From assembly GCA_963796895.1 (NCBI GenBank), contig CAWCNN010000005.1:18659-82658 (forward strand): 64,000 nt of DNA, in the 5' to 3' direction. Each line of letters begins with the position of its first letter. The stretch's first letter is position 1. This document shows, one piece after another, positions 55,186 to 64,000 of this stretch. The DNA is from an uncultured Acidobacteriaceae bacterium (GTDB lineage: Bacteria; Acidobacteriota; Terriglobia; Terriglobales; Acidobacteriaceae). A program made the position numbers and the translations under genes. The notes beneath the pieces are model-generated. The model saw only the letters and a program-made list of their open reading frames with translations, was not told where the DNA came from and made no database searches.

Positions 55186-56298
55186 TCATCTGCAATTCGC
55201 CGTTGCGCACAGGTTCTGGCTGAAGAACGGCATCACATGGTTCTGGAAGCGATCCGCGACGGCGCTCGTATGCGTCCCGTGATACATCTCGAAGCTGTTT
55301 TTAATGCCGTAGCTGTCAAGAATTTCGTGCAGCTTCTGCGTGTCGAAGCGGAGACCGTCCTGATCGCCCACATCTTCCGCGATCGCGTGGTACTCCTTCA
55401 GGTTGTCGATGTACTGGTCGATGAAAGCAAGCGGCGCGTTAGCAGTCCATTTCGCGAGAACGTCAGGCTGGGGAACGCCGTCCTTCATCGGCAGATCGAG
55501 ATAGAGCGGGGGATTCTTCGGATCGGGCGACCATGCCGCGGCTGTGGCCAACTGAGCACGCTGGAAGAAGGGCATATCGGCAGAGTCGGAAGCGGACTTC
55601 ATGGCAGCAACCTTCGCTTCGAACTCCTTTTCGGCTGCTTCGTACTTGCTCGCGTCCATGCCGGGCGGCGGCCCGGCCGGCCGTGGCGACATGCAGCAGG
55701 GGCTCATGACGTAGAGGCTGCCGAAAACGTCGGAGTGCTTCATGCCGATGCGGGTGGCGCCGTAGCCGCCCATCGAGTGTCCGACCAGGCCGCGGCTCAT
55801 GCGCTCCGGGATAGTGCGGTAATGCGCATCGATGTATGCGACGAGGTCGTGGTAGATGAACTTCTCAAAGTCGCCCGTGGTTGCGGAACTCGAATACATC
55901 GATCCGTTGTAGGCGGTCTTCGAGTCGGGCAGGACGACGATCATCTCCTTCGCGCCCTGGGCAAAGGCGCCCTCGATCGTCTGCGGCACGTGGATCTCGT
56001 GGGTCCACTGCTCGGCTCCGATAGAGTAGCCGTGCAGTGCGTAGACGACAGGATAGCGGCGATGCCTGTCCGTGTTGTAGCTCGGCGGCAGAAAGACGAT
56101 CACGTCGCGGTCGGCGGATTCACCTTCGAGGTTGCCTTCAATTGCCGGCGAGTGCACCTTGATGTGCTCGACGGTGACAGGCTTGGCACCAGGAATGACC
56201 GCCGGGACGTTGGTTTGTACCTGCGCGCAGAGCGGAAGCGCGATCGCAGCGGAGACAAACAGCGTCATAAGGTCACAAAATTTTCTCGTCGTCATCAT
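55186..56298 (-). CDS. esterase-family alpha/beta hydrolase (PF00756-like), secreted
   Basis: MMTTRKFCDLMTLFVSAAIALPLCAQ, YPVVYALHGY and GHSMGGYGA (GxSxG). Confidence 0.8.
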   Translation of the reverse strand: MMTTRKFCDLMTLFVSAAIALPLCAQVQTNVPAVIPGAKPVTVEHIKVHSPAIEGNLEGESADRDVIVFLPPSYNTDRHRRYPVVYALHGYSIGAEQWTHEIHVPQTIEGAFAQGAKEMIVVLPDSKTAYNGSMYSSSATTGDFEKFIYHDLVAYIDAHYRTIPERMSRGLVGHSMGGYGATRIGMKHSDVFGSLYVMSPCCMSPRPAGPPPGMDASKYEAAEKEFEAKVAAMKSASDSADMPFFQRAQLATAAAWSPDPKNPPLYLDLPMKDGVPQPDVLAKWTANAPLAFIDQYIDNLKEYHAIAEDVGDQDGLRFDTQKLHEILDSYGIKNSFEMYHGTHTSAVADRFQNHVMPFFSQNLCATANCR

Positions 56299-56355
56299 CG
56301 GTATCCTCGTTGAACAATTCTCAATTCTTGCCACACAACACATTCACCGGTGAAA

Positions 56356-58716
56356 TCAGTGACTCGTCCTGTGGAGGGACGCATCCATCTCCACTGCTGC
56401 GCCAGGATGAATCTGCACCGGCACCGACCGTTCTCCATAAATAACCCGGTACCTTACGGCATGATCCGCCTGCAGCCGCAGTTGCGTCAGGCGTCCGTCC
56501 TTCCACACGATGTCGAGCTTCCCGCCGCCACGCACGCGGACTCCCTTAAGACTCCCACTGGGCCATTGGGAGGGCAGCGCCGGCAGGATGGTGATTTCGC
56601 TATCGGTGCTCTGTACCAGCATCTCGGTAATGGCTGCCGGTCCGCCAAGGTTGCCATCAATCTGAAAAGGCGGGCAGAGATCGAACATGTCGGGCAGCGT
56701 GTTCTTGGTGATCAGGAGTTTGAGATTGTCGTACGCCTGCTCCGGATTGTGCAGGCGTGCCCACAACGCGGCTCGCCACGCGTGCGACCATCCGGTTTCA
56801 CCGTCGCCGCGCAGCTCCAGCGTTTTCTCCGCCGCAGCTGCGATTTTTGGAGTCGCCGCCAGGCTGATGTCATGACCGGGATAGAGAGACCAAAGATGCG
56901 AACTGTGCCGATGGTGCGGCTCCGCTTCCTGGTAGTCTTCGATCCATTCCTGTAACTGCCCGCGTGCGCCGATCTGCAGCGGCGGCAAACGCTGTTCGGT
57001 CTTCTCCAGCTGCGCCCGGAAAGCGGCGTCCGTACCGAGAATCTCCGCAGCCCGGCGGCAGTTTTCAAAGAGTTCCCGGATCAACTCCAGGTCCATCGTC
57101 GCCGCGTAGGTTAAGCCGACGGGCTTACCGTTCAGGATGTAGTGGTTTTCCGGCGAAGTAGACGGGTTAGTGACGAGGCGTCCCGCGAACCGCGTACCGG
57201 CAGGTGCTTCCACCAGGAAGCCGAGAACGAATTGCGCCGCCCCCTTCATCGCGGGATAAGCCTGGCTCCGGAGAAACTCCCGGTCGTCGCTGAATGTGTA
57301 GTGGTCCCACATCTGGTTGGCGAGCCACGCTTCGCCCATCGGCCAGATGCCCCACGAGCCGTCGACCGGCGCGGTCGCGCGCCACAGATCGGTGTTGTGG
57401 TGGAGAACCCATCCCTCGCTGCGGTATTCCGCCTGCGCAGTTTTGCCGCCTGTAACGCGCAGGTCGTCGATCAGGCTCCACAGCGGTTGTTCTGTTTCCC
57501 AGAGATCGCCGGTGTCTGCCTGCCAGTAATTCATCTCCAGGTTAATGTTGGTGGTCCACTTGCTGCCCCACGCCGGGTTCAGGTCCTGGTTCCAGATACC
57601 CTGCAGGTTCGCCGGCTGACCACCCGGACGCGAGGAGGAAATGAGCAGATAGCGGCCGAACTCGAAGTAGAGCGCGAGCAGGCTCGGATCGTCGCTCTCA
57701 CCAAAATTCGCGATGCGGCGATCAGTCGTCTCCCTCGATGGGTCGTCGCCGAGTTGGAGATGCACCCGGGAAAAGAGCCGCTGGAAGTCGTCGATGTGGC
57801 GCTGCCGCAGCTCATCATAGGTGTGTTCCGACGCGCGTTGCAGATCTTTGCGCGCCGTGCCGAGTGCGTCGCCATCGATATCGTGGTAGTTGCGAAAATT
57901 GGTCGCATTGCTGAAAAGAATGGTGACCGCATTGGCGCCGGATATCGTCAGCCCTTCTCCGGAACCGACCACCGAACCGCCCTCCGGAATTACTTTAAGG
58001 ACCGCGGCGAATTTCATGCCGGGTTGGTCCCAGGAGCCGGTCCAGGAGCGGGGCGAGTTTTGGCGCGGCTGAATCTGGCCGGTGAGCTCGAGACCGTCGT
58101 TGGCAATGCTTTCCACCCGAACCCCCGGCTGGGGCGAATCCATGCTGAGCGTAAAGCCAATCTGGCCGGGCTGATTCGCGGTGAGACGAATGACCAGCAC
58201 CTGATCCGGAAAGGAGACGAATGCCTCTCGTCTGTATGTGGTCGAGCCGACGCTGTAGTCGGTTTCTGCTGTCGCATCGTCGAGACGCAGCTCGCGGCGA
58301 TAGCCGCTCGGCTCCTCCTGTCCGCTGAAATGCAGCCGCAAGTCGCAGAAGGGCTGGTAAGGCATCAGCACCTTCGGATCGCCCATCAGCGGTCCGGAAA
58401 GCTTTTCCGCCTCCTCCGGCTTGCCTTCGAAAATGAGCCGCTGGATTTCAGCCAGATGCGCGAAGGCGCCGGGATTGTCGTAGTCATGGGGAACACCACC
58501 CCACAGTGTGGCTTCGTTGATCTGTAGGCGTTCCTCTTCGACTCCGCCGAAGACCATCGCGCCAATACGGCCGTTGCCGATCGGCAGAGCTTCCGTCCAT
58601 TTGGACGCCGGCTTGTCATAGGTGAGCGAAAGAGTCGACTGGGCTGAAGTAGCGGCGCAGTTCACCAGCACCGCCACCGCCAGCACCAGCATCGGTTTCC
58701 TTTTCAAAGATTCCAT
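56356..58716 (-). CDS. glycoside hydrolase family 95 (alpha-L-fucosidase/galactosidase type)
   Basis: YDKPASKWTEALPIGNGRIGAMVFGGVEEERLQINEATLWGG N-terminal signature. 786 aa. It starts 6 nt after the GH51 stop. Confidence 0.9.
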   Translation of the reverse strand: MESLKRKPMLVLAVAVLVNCAATSAQSTLSLTYDKPASKWTEALPIGNGRIGAMVFGGVEEERLQINEATLWGGVPHDYDNPGAFAHLAEIQRLIFEGKPEEAEKLSGPLMGDPKVLMPYQPFCDLRLHFSGQEEPSGYRRELRLDDATAETDYSVGSTTYRREAFVSFPDQVLVIRLTANQPGQIGFTLSMDSPQPGVRVESIANDGLELTGQIQPRQNSPRSWTGSWDQPGMKFAAVLKVIPEGGSVVGSGEGLTISGANAVTILFSNATNFRNYHDIDGDALGTARKDLQRASEHTYDELRQRHIDDFQRLFSRVHLQLGDDPSRETTDRRIANFGESDDPSLLALYFEFGRYLLISSSRPGGQPANLQGIWNQDLNPAWGSKWTTNINLEMNYWQADTGDLWETEQPLWSLIDDLRVTGGKTAQAEYRSEGWVLHHNTDLWRATAPVDGSWGIWPMGEAWLANQMWDHYTFSDDREFLRSQAYPAMKGAAQFVLGFLVEAPAGTRFAGRLVTNPSTSPENHYILNGKPVGLTYAATMDLELIRELFENCRRAAEILGTDAAFRAQLEKTEQRLPPLQIGARGQLQEWIEDYQEAEPHHRHSSHLWSLYPGHDISLAATPKIAAAAEKTLELRGDGETGWSHAWRAALWARLHNPEQAYDNLKLLITKNTLPDMFDLCPPFQIDGNLGGPAAITEMLVQSTDSEITILPALPSQWPSGSLKGVRVRGGGKLDIVWKDGRLTQLRLQADHAVRYRVIYGERSVPVQIHPGAAVEMDASLHRTSH

Positions 58717-58722
58717 TCCGTT

Positions 58723-60867
58723 CTACTGCGTAACGGCAAAGCGGTAGATGTCGATGCTGATGGGCGCCACCGTGAGAGTGCTGGGCGCTTCGCCGATCGC
58801 CGTCTCTTTCACTTCCACCTGCGGCGGCTGGCCGACATGATTCGCGGCGTCGAGATCCTTGCCGGTCATCTGCCACATCGTGGCGCTGCCGGTGACGTGC
58901 GAGCCGCTCACGTTCAGATCGAACTTCTGCACGGAGTCGGTCGCGTTGACCACGGCAAGAGTAAGGAATTTGTGATCCGCGCTGAGCGCTGCAAACATAT
59001 CCAGCGGATACGTGGGGCTTCCGGCGCTCGTCCGTGGCAGGTCCCCAACAATATGTTGCGTGGGAGCCGGCTGCGGCGAATTGCCGGTTAGCGTAACCGG
59101 GATTGATCCCGCGCCGAGATGCTCCCCGTAAAGCTTGAAGAGCAGGCCGTTCGTGTTCAGCGTCGCGGCGGTCTGATTGAAGTCCAGCGTCGAAACGCCC
59201 ATGGTGAATGCGGTCATGCGCAGGAAGTCCGACTCGCGCAGAAACTCGTTGAACACCATGGCGTAGGCCAGCGCCAGCTTAAGATCTGTCTGACCACCCG
59301 TGTACGCGTATTCGTCATTCGACATGAAGATGTGTTTCGTCTTCATCTCGGGATAGCGCTGCTCGTACTCCTGCCACTCTTCACCCTTCAGGTGCACGCG
59401 ATCCGAAGGGCGCCGCACCCACTCGAGGTTCGTCTCCTGATCGGGAACCAGCCCGGCTTCGAGGCGGCCGATTTTGATTCCCTTCTCGGCGCGCTCGCGA
59501 TCCCAGCGCACGCCCGCGCGCGTGTACCAGTGCTCGGTGACGCCGTCGAAGTTGCCCCAGTCGTGCTTGAGGAATCCGCAGGTCCAGTCCGCCTCGGAGC
59601 AGATGCCGGCCTGGTCAATGGGAATGTGCCAGTCGTTCACGACGTTCTCAAGGATCGCCTCTTCGGGCATCGAGGCGGAGGCCAGCAGCGTGATCGAAGG
59701 ATCCACCGCTCGCATGGCTTTCGCAAATTCGTTGTGCTTCAGCAGGTAGTACTTCAGATCGGTGCGGCCCAGCTGCCACGGTCCATAGGGCTCGTTGCCA
59801 ATGTCCCAGAACTTAACGTGATACGGCTCGGCATGCCCGTTGCGCGCGCGCCTTGCGCCCATCGGCGTGCTGGTGGCGTCATTCATATATTCCACTTCAT
59901 CCGCCGCGGAGTGCGCATCTCCGAAACCCGCGTTCACCGTGATATACGGCTCGACCCCGATCAGCTTGCAGAGCGTCATGAAGTCATCCATGCCCACGTC
60001 ATTGCTCTGCATCGCGTTCCACGCATAGTCGAAGTCCGGCGGGCGCTTGTCGCGCGGACCAACCGAGTCGTACCAGTTGAAGTCGGAGATGAAGTTGCCG
60101 CCCGGCAGACGCCAGAATCCGGAATGCAGCTGCTTCAGCTGCGCAATGACTTCGGGACGGAAGCCGTCGATGTTCTCGGCCGGCATCAGCGAGACCGCGC
60201 CGATGTGGAAACTACCCGTCCCGGTCCCGGTGACCTCGAGCGCGCCGGCTTCGCTATCTGCGCCGGCAGTGAAGCTGAACGGGAATTCTTTGTATGTGGC
60301 GGAGGGTGCCGGGAGCGCGACACTCTGGCGGCCGCCCGCGCCCTCACCCCAGACCAACGCAACCTTGATCTTCGCGTCCGCACCGCGCAGCCAGATGTGG
60401 CCGGTATACTTCTTGCCTTTCACCAGGGCGAAACCCGACTGGCGGATGCCATGCGGTGTGGAACTGTCCAGTGCGATGCGCGGGCTCTGGTCACCGACGA
60501 AGGGCTGGTCTCTGTCCATGACCACGGCATCGGCGGGCCCGACCGGATGCCACTTGCGCATCTGCATGTTACGGAAAGGCCCCCCCTGTGCCGGTGCAGT
60601 GGCCGCCGCTTCCTCCGGTTTGATGGGGAAGTAGAACTTGCGGTCGTCGAGCATCTCCGACCACAGGCTGCGATAGATAAGCTGACCGATGTGCTCGATG
60701 AACATGCCGTACTCGTACTGCGAGACCGGCCGAGCCGTTTGCTGCGTGTCGATGGTGACCTTCAGATCCTGAGGCGGAGTCGGTGTGTTCGGTTGCGCTG
60801 CCGTGGTTCCAATAGCTCCCGCGAGCGAGAATGCCGCTGCTGCAACGATGACTGCTCGATTCTTCAT
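58723..60867 (-). CDS. glycoside hydrolase family 51 alpha-L-arabinofuranosidase, secreted
   Basis: Signal peptide MKNRAVIVAAAAFSLAGAIGTTAAQ, YGMFIEHIGQLIY, FWDIGNEPYGPWQLG (GNE acid/base). Confidence 0.88.
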   Translation of the reverse strand: MKNRAVIVAAAAFSLAGAIGTTAAQPNTPTPPQDLKVTIDTQQTARPVSQYEYGMFIEHIGQLIYRSLWSEMLDDRKFYFPIKPEEAAATAPAQGGPFRNMQMRKWHPVGPADAVVMDRDQPFVGDQSPRIALDSSTPHGIRQSGFALVKGKKYTGHIWLRGADAKIKVALVWGEGAGGRQSVALPAPSATYKEFPFSFTAGADSEAGALEVTGTGTGSFHIGAVSLMPAENIDGFRPEVIAQLKQLHSGFWRLPGGNFISDFNWYDSVGPRDKRPPDFDYAWNAMQSNDVGMDDFMTLCKLIGVEPYITVNAGFGDAHSAADEVEYMNDATSTPMGARRARNGHAEPYHVKFWDIGNEPYGPWQLGRTDLKYYLLKHNEFAKAMRAVDPSITLLASASMPEEAILENVVNDWHIPIDQAGICSEADWTCGFLKHDWGNFDGVTEHWYTRAGVRWDRERAEKGIKIGRLEAGLVPDQETNLEWVRRPSDRVHLKGEEWQEYEQRYPEMKTKHIFMSNDEYAYTGGQTDLKLALAYAMVFNEFLRESDFLRMTAFTMGVSTLDFNQTAATLNTNGLLFKLYGEHLGAGSIPVTLTGNSPQPAPTQHIVGDLPRTSAGSPTYPLDMFAALSADHKFLTLAVVNATDSVQKFDLNVSGSHVTGSATMWQMTGKDLDAANHVGQPPQVEVKETAIGEAPSTLTVAPISIDIYRFAVTQ

Positions 60868-61075
60868 GCAAGACTCCCTGCCACGTTCCATCGAAGCTGT
60901 GTGCTTTTTGTATTTGCGAAAAACGCAGTGCGACCGTATTTGCCGCAGTAATCGTTTTCTCACAGGAAAGCGAATTCTGCACCCCCACGAAGCGTTTCCA
61001 ACCCCCCGCGCAAGCCAGAGAGCATATTAATGGTGAAGAATATCGACTGAATAGTCGGATTTCCGGCCTTTAACA

Positions 61076-61090
61076 ATCGATTTTTTCGAT
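61076..61090. promoter_or_regulatory. LysR-type T-N11-A dyad ATCGA-TTTTT-TCGAT
   Basis: A perfect dyad 13 nt upstream of the LysR GTG start, in the 235-nt divergent region shared with the GH51 operon. A second imperfect dyad, CGACT-gaat-AGTCG, lies at 61044..61057. Confidence 0.35.
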
Positions 61091-61102
61091 TAGAATCCTT
61101 GC

Positions 61103-61990
61103 GTGAATACCACCCTCGACGAATGGGAGATCCTCCACACCATTGTCCAACTCGGCGGCTTTTCCGCTGCCGCCAGGAAACTGAACCGTTCCCAATCTAC
61201 GATCAGCTATGCCGTCGGCCGTCTGCAGGATCAGCTTGGAATCAAACTCTTCGAGTTGAAAGGGCGAAAGGCGCGCCTCACTGAAACCGCTCGCGCGCTT
61301 CTTGCTGACGCTGAGCCTCTGCTCGCGGGATTCACGCAACTGGAGCAAAGAGCCCGCTCGCTCGTCTCCGGAACAGAATCCGAATTACGGATCTCCGTCG
61401 ACAGCCTTTACCCCGATGAGAAGCTCTTCTCCGCTCTCACCGAGTTCGCGCGACGCTTTCCCTATGTCCATCCACGCGTTCGACAGGCAACGTTCCTCAC
61501 ATCGGCGACCGAGTTCCTTACCCACGGAGCCGACCTGTGCATCACCGGGCTGATTGCGCGCGAATATTTCGTCAAACCGATTCTTGAGATCCGCCTCCAG
61601 GCCGTCGCGCGATTCGATCATCCCTTGCGGCAGAAGACACGTCGCCTCTTGCTCGCCGATCTCATTCAGAACCTCGCCGTCAATATCGAAGGCATCGCGT
61701 CCGGCGAACCACGCCACCAGCCGAGAATTCCGTCACAGAGATTTCTCGCCGTCAACACCGTCGCAGCAGCTATCGAGGCAGTACGTAGCGGCCTTTGCTT
61801 CGGCTGGCTGCCGCTCTATCGGATCCAGCCTTACCTCGACAACGGCGAACTGGCTCCCCTGAACCTGCCGGTCGGCGGGCGAAGAGAGGCCCGCTTCAAT
61901 TTGGTTTGCCGCGACCTCGATTCCTCCAGTCGCGAACTGCGGGCTTTGGCGGAACTGCTGGGACTGGCTCGCCCCCCTGAGGTGATTTAG
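61103..61990 (+). CDS. LysR-family transcriptional regulator
   Basis: GTG start. The HTH reads LHTIVQLGGFSAAARKLNRSQSTISYAVGRLQDQLG. 295 aa. It is divergent from the CAZyme operon. Confidence 0.9.
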   Translation: MNTTLDEWEILHTIVQLGGFSAAARKLNRSQSTISYAVGRLQDQLGIKLFELKGRKARLTETARALLADAEPLLAGFTQLEQRARSLVSGTESELRISVDSLYPDEKLFSALTEFARRFPYVHPRVRQATFLTSATEFLTHGADLCITGLIAREYFVKPILEIRLQAVARFDHPLRQKTRRLLLADLIQNLAVNIEGIASGEPRHQPRIPSQRFLAVNTVAAAIEAVRSGLCFGWLPLYRIQPYLDNGELAPLNLPVGGRREARFNLVCRDLDSSSRELRALAELLGLARPPEVI

Positions 61991-62086
61991 CCTGTCCACC
62001 CCTCTCAACTCCACCGTACGTTTACTGGACCCTGACGCTTCGGCCCGCTCCAGCAAACGCGTGTTCCGAGCTCTGCGACTTTCCCC

Positions 62087-64000
62087 CTACTTGGCTCGAG
62101 CCACCGTGGGATTCCAGCCATCGTTTCCGCGCAGAAAATTCGCAGGCAGGAATTTCTCGGCCTCATCCGGCGTGAGTTGTTTCGAATGCGGATCGCGCTT
62201 CGACGGCTGCGCGCCCGGACCCGTGGAACCTTCTTCCGCGTAGAAAGCGGTATCCAGCGAATGGGTCTCGCCCGGATGCCATTCGCGCCATCCGGCGCGC
62301 TGAATGTGACCTCCCATTTCCGTATCCAGATAGACGACGGAGGCATACGGGCGCCACGGCCGGCCAAGGTAAACGTTATCGACACCGGGATACGCCGTCA
62401 GCCTGCAAGCATGGAAGACGTAACCGGAGTCCTCGGCGGGATAGCTCTTGCCCTGGGCCGTGATGAATCCCTCGGAGTGCGGCGTGCTCCGAATCTCGCA
62501 GTGATCGAACACCGTTTTGCCGTCGCCGAAGATGAAATCGACATTGCCTTCGATATAGCAGTCGGAGAAATACTGTCGCGCCGGCGTGCAGGTGCGCGCG
62601 TTCCCTTCCCCGCTGCATTCTTTGCTGCCGGTGAAGAGCGTGTCCTGGTTGCCGAGCAGTCGTACATTGTGAAAGACGGCGCGGTCGCCGCGCACCAGCA
62701 AAGCCAGTGCCTGGGAGCCCGCAGGTAACTGCTCGTGATGCGCGTTCCAGTCGTTCTGGAACGTGATGTTCTCGGCGAAAAAGTTGTCGCCGGTTACGTT
62801 GACGGTGGCCGAATGCAGTGTCCCTCCCGAGGTTCCGGAGCTCTTGTCCATGACCACGACCGTTTTGCTCGCGTCAGGATTGGCGCTGCGCAGACGGATG
62901 TTCGGCTTGGCGATGGTGAGAACTTCGCGATAGGTTCCGGGCGCGACCAGGATGAGCGCTCCTCCGGTGGACGGCGCGACGTCGACGGCTCTCTGAATGG
63001 AGTAGTAATCTCCCGTACCGTCGGCAGCGACATAAAGCGTTTTGTCCTCGGGCTCCGGCGTGCCGGCCAGTTCGGGTGCCGCGGATAACGATGGGAAGGG
63101 CACGAACTTGTCTTCACAGGCTAACGGCGTTCCCGGCTGCGCATCGGGCAACGTCTCGACCGCGACGTTGGTGCCGATTGGTTGAAGATTGCCCTCGTGC
63201 GGACCGATCGTGATCTTCGCATTTGCAGCCAGAATCTCGGAGTGCTCGAGCGCGTCGGAAAAGACGTTGTCGAGTGTAACCTCCAGCATGTGCTGCGCAT
63301 CGAGGCCGAGGAACGTATAGGCGCCTGGACTCAGCACGTGCACATTTTCAAGAGTGATATTCCGATAGACCGGCAGCTTGTTGCCCGCGAACGTCGTGTA
63401 CATCGGCGTCAGCACGATGGGATTCTTCGTGTCGCGAATGCAGACGTCGCGGTAGACAGCATCCTCGACTAAGCCGCCGCGGCTGCGGTCGGATTTAATC
63501 CGGATGCCGTTGTCGGCCCCGTCGATGGTCAGATCGTCGACCAGCAGATGATCGACCCCGCCATCGGTACCGCTGCCGATCGACATGCCGTGACCGGTGT
63601 AGAAGTGATTGTGAACAACGGAAATGTGCGAAGCCGGGCCGCCGCGGCTCGAGGACTTCACCGCGACATTATCATCACCGGCGTGGATATAGCAGTGCGT
63701 AATCGTGACATTGCGCGAGGAACCCGGGTCGATCCCGTCGGTGTTGCGCGCGGTCTTCGGCGTCATGATCTTCACACCCCACGCGGTGAAGCCGTCGGTT
63801 TGATTCACGGAGACATGGAACCCGGGCGAGTTGCGCAGCGTGATCCGATAGAGGGTGAAGTCCTTCGAGTCGCGCACCATCAGCATCCAGGGAACGCTCT
63901 GCGACTTATCGGTAACCTTGGCTTCGTGGGCAAGGTCCCACCATGTGACCTGTTGGCCGAGCAACTTCGCGCCGCCCCGGCCGTCGATGGAGCCGTCGCC
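62087..64000 (-). CDS. bifunctional pectinase: GH28 polygalacturonase domain fused to a CE8 pectin methylesterase domain (5' end outside the window)
   Basis: The N-terminal part carries GH28 motifs NTDGIDP, GDDNVAVKS, GHGMSIGS and RIKS. The C-terminal part carries CE8 motifs YVAADGTGDYYSIQRAV, AENITFQN, QALAL, GNQDTLF, IEGNVDFIFG and LGRPW. The frame stays open to position 64000. Confidence 0.88.
   Translation of the reverse strand, partial: GDGSIDGRGGAKLLGQQVTWWDLAHEAKVTDKSQSVPWMLMVRDSKDFTLYRITLRNSPGFHVSVNQTDGFTAWGVKIMTPKTARNTDGIDPGSSRNVTITHCYIHAGDDNVAVKSSSRGGPASHISVVHNHFYTGHGMSIGSGTDGGVDHLLVDDLTIDGADNGIRIKSDRSRGGLVEDAVYRDVCIRDTKNPIVLTPMYTTFAGNKLPVYRNITLENVHVLSPGAYTFLGLDAQHMLEVTLDNVFSDALEHSEILAANAKITIGPHEGNLQPIGTNVAVETLPDAQPGTPLACEDKFVPFPSLSAAPELAGTPEPEDKTLYVAADGTGDYYSIQRAVDVAPSTGGALILVAPGTYREVLTIAKPNIRLRSANPDASKTVVVMDKSSGTSGGTLHSATVNVTGDNFFAENITFQNDWNAHHEQLPAGSQALALLVRGDRAVFHNVRLLGNQDTLFTGSKECSGEGNARTCTPARQYFSDCYIEGNVDFIFGDGKTVFDHCEIRSTPHSEGFITAQGKSYPAEDSGYVFHACRLTAYPGVDNVYLGRPWRPYASVVYLDTEMGGHIQRAGWREWHPGETHSLDTAFYAEEGSTGPGAQPSKRDPHSKQLTPDEAEKFLPANFLRGNDGWNPTVARAK

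Overview
High-G+C (by eye about 60% or more) bacterial chromosomal segment. Gene content and intergenic repeat style suggest Acidobacteriota (Terriglobia-like), but that placement is inference only. Most of the window is ordinary core and accessory metabolism. Recognisable genes include aroB, phoU, phhA, a yvcK-family gene, rlmN, the def-fmt-rsmB-aroC block, rnhB, trxC, rplS, malic enzyme, an IorAB-type molybdo-hydroxylase, an ArsR/AHSA1 pair and a B3-type metallo-beta-lactamase. A same-strand five-gene plant-cell-wall operon (GH51, GH95, two esterases, SASA-type acetylesterase) sits next to a divergent LysR gene and a GH28-CE8 fusion. I found no rRNA, tRNA, CRISPR array, transposase, integrase or phage genes, and no convincing new multi-gene defence or secretion system. 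The unusual signal is non-coding. (1) Short tandem arrays with an exact 7-nt period lie at many gene boundaries, including arrays where only a stop triplet (TGA or TAA) is conserved and the 4-nt spacer varies. (2) A 27-nt tandem array keeps phase over 9 units. (3) A roughly 270-300 bp unit is repeated three times in a 2 kb gene-free tract, each copy carrying an 11-mer identical to the canonical 16S rRNA 3' tail. (4) A 31-nt palindrome with a compensatory base-pair change occurs upstream of both phoU and phhA. (5) Several REP/MITE-like hairpin families are present, one of which supplies the C-terminus and stop codon of rnhB. Six genes in the first 27 kb are frame-disrupted, one of them (a fused 2-oxoacid dehydrogenase E1) about 13 times. 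Most breaks I traced are single-base length changes, mostly in short or long nucleotide runs, so sequencing error is the leading explanation. Small accessory items are an orphan Imm50-like gene in a low-G+C pocket, an AT-rich pocket encoding a 120-aa heptapeptide-repeat protein beside an ABC exporter, and an overlapping EVE / HD-OB nuclease pair.
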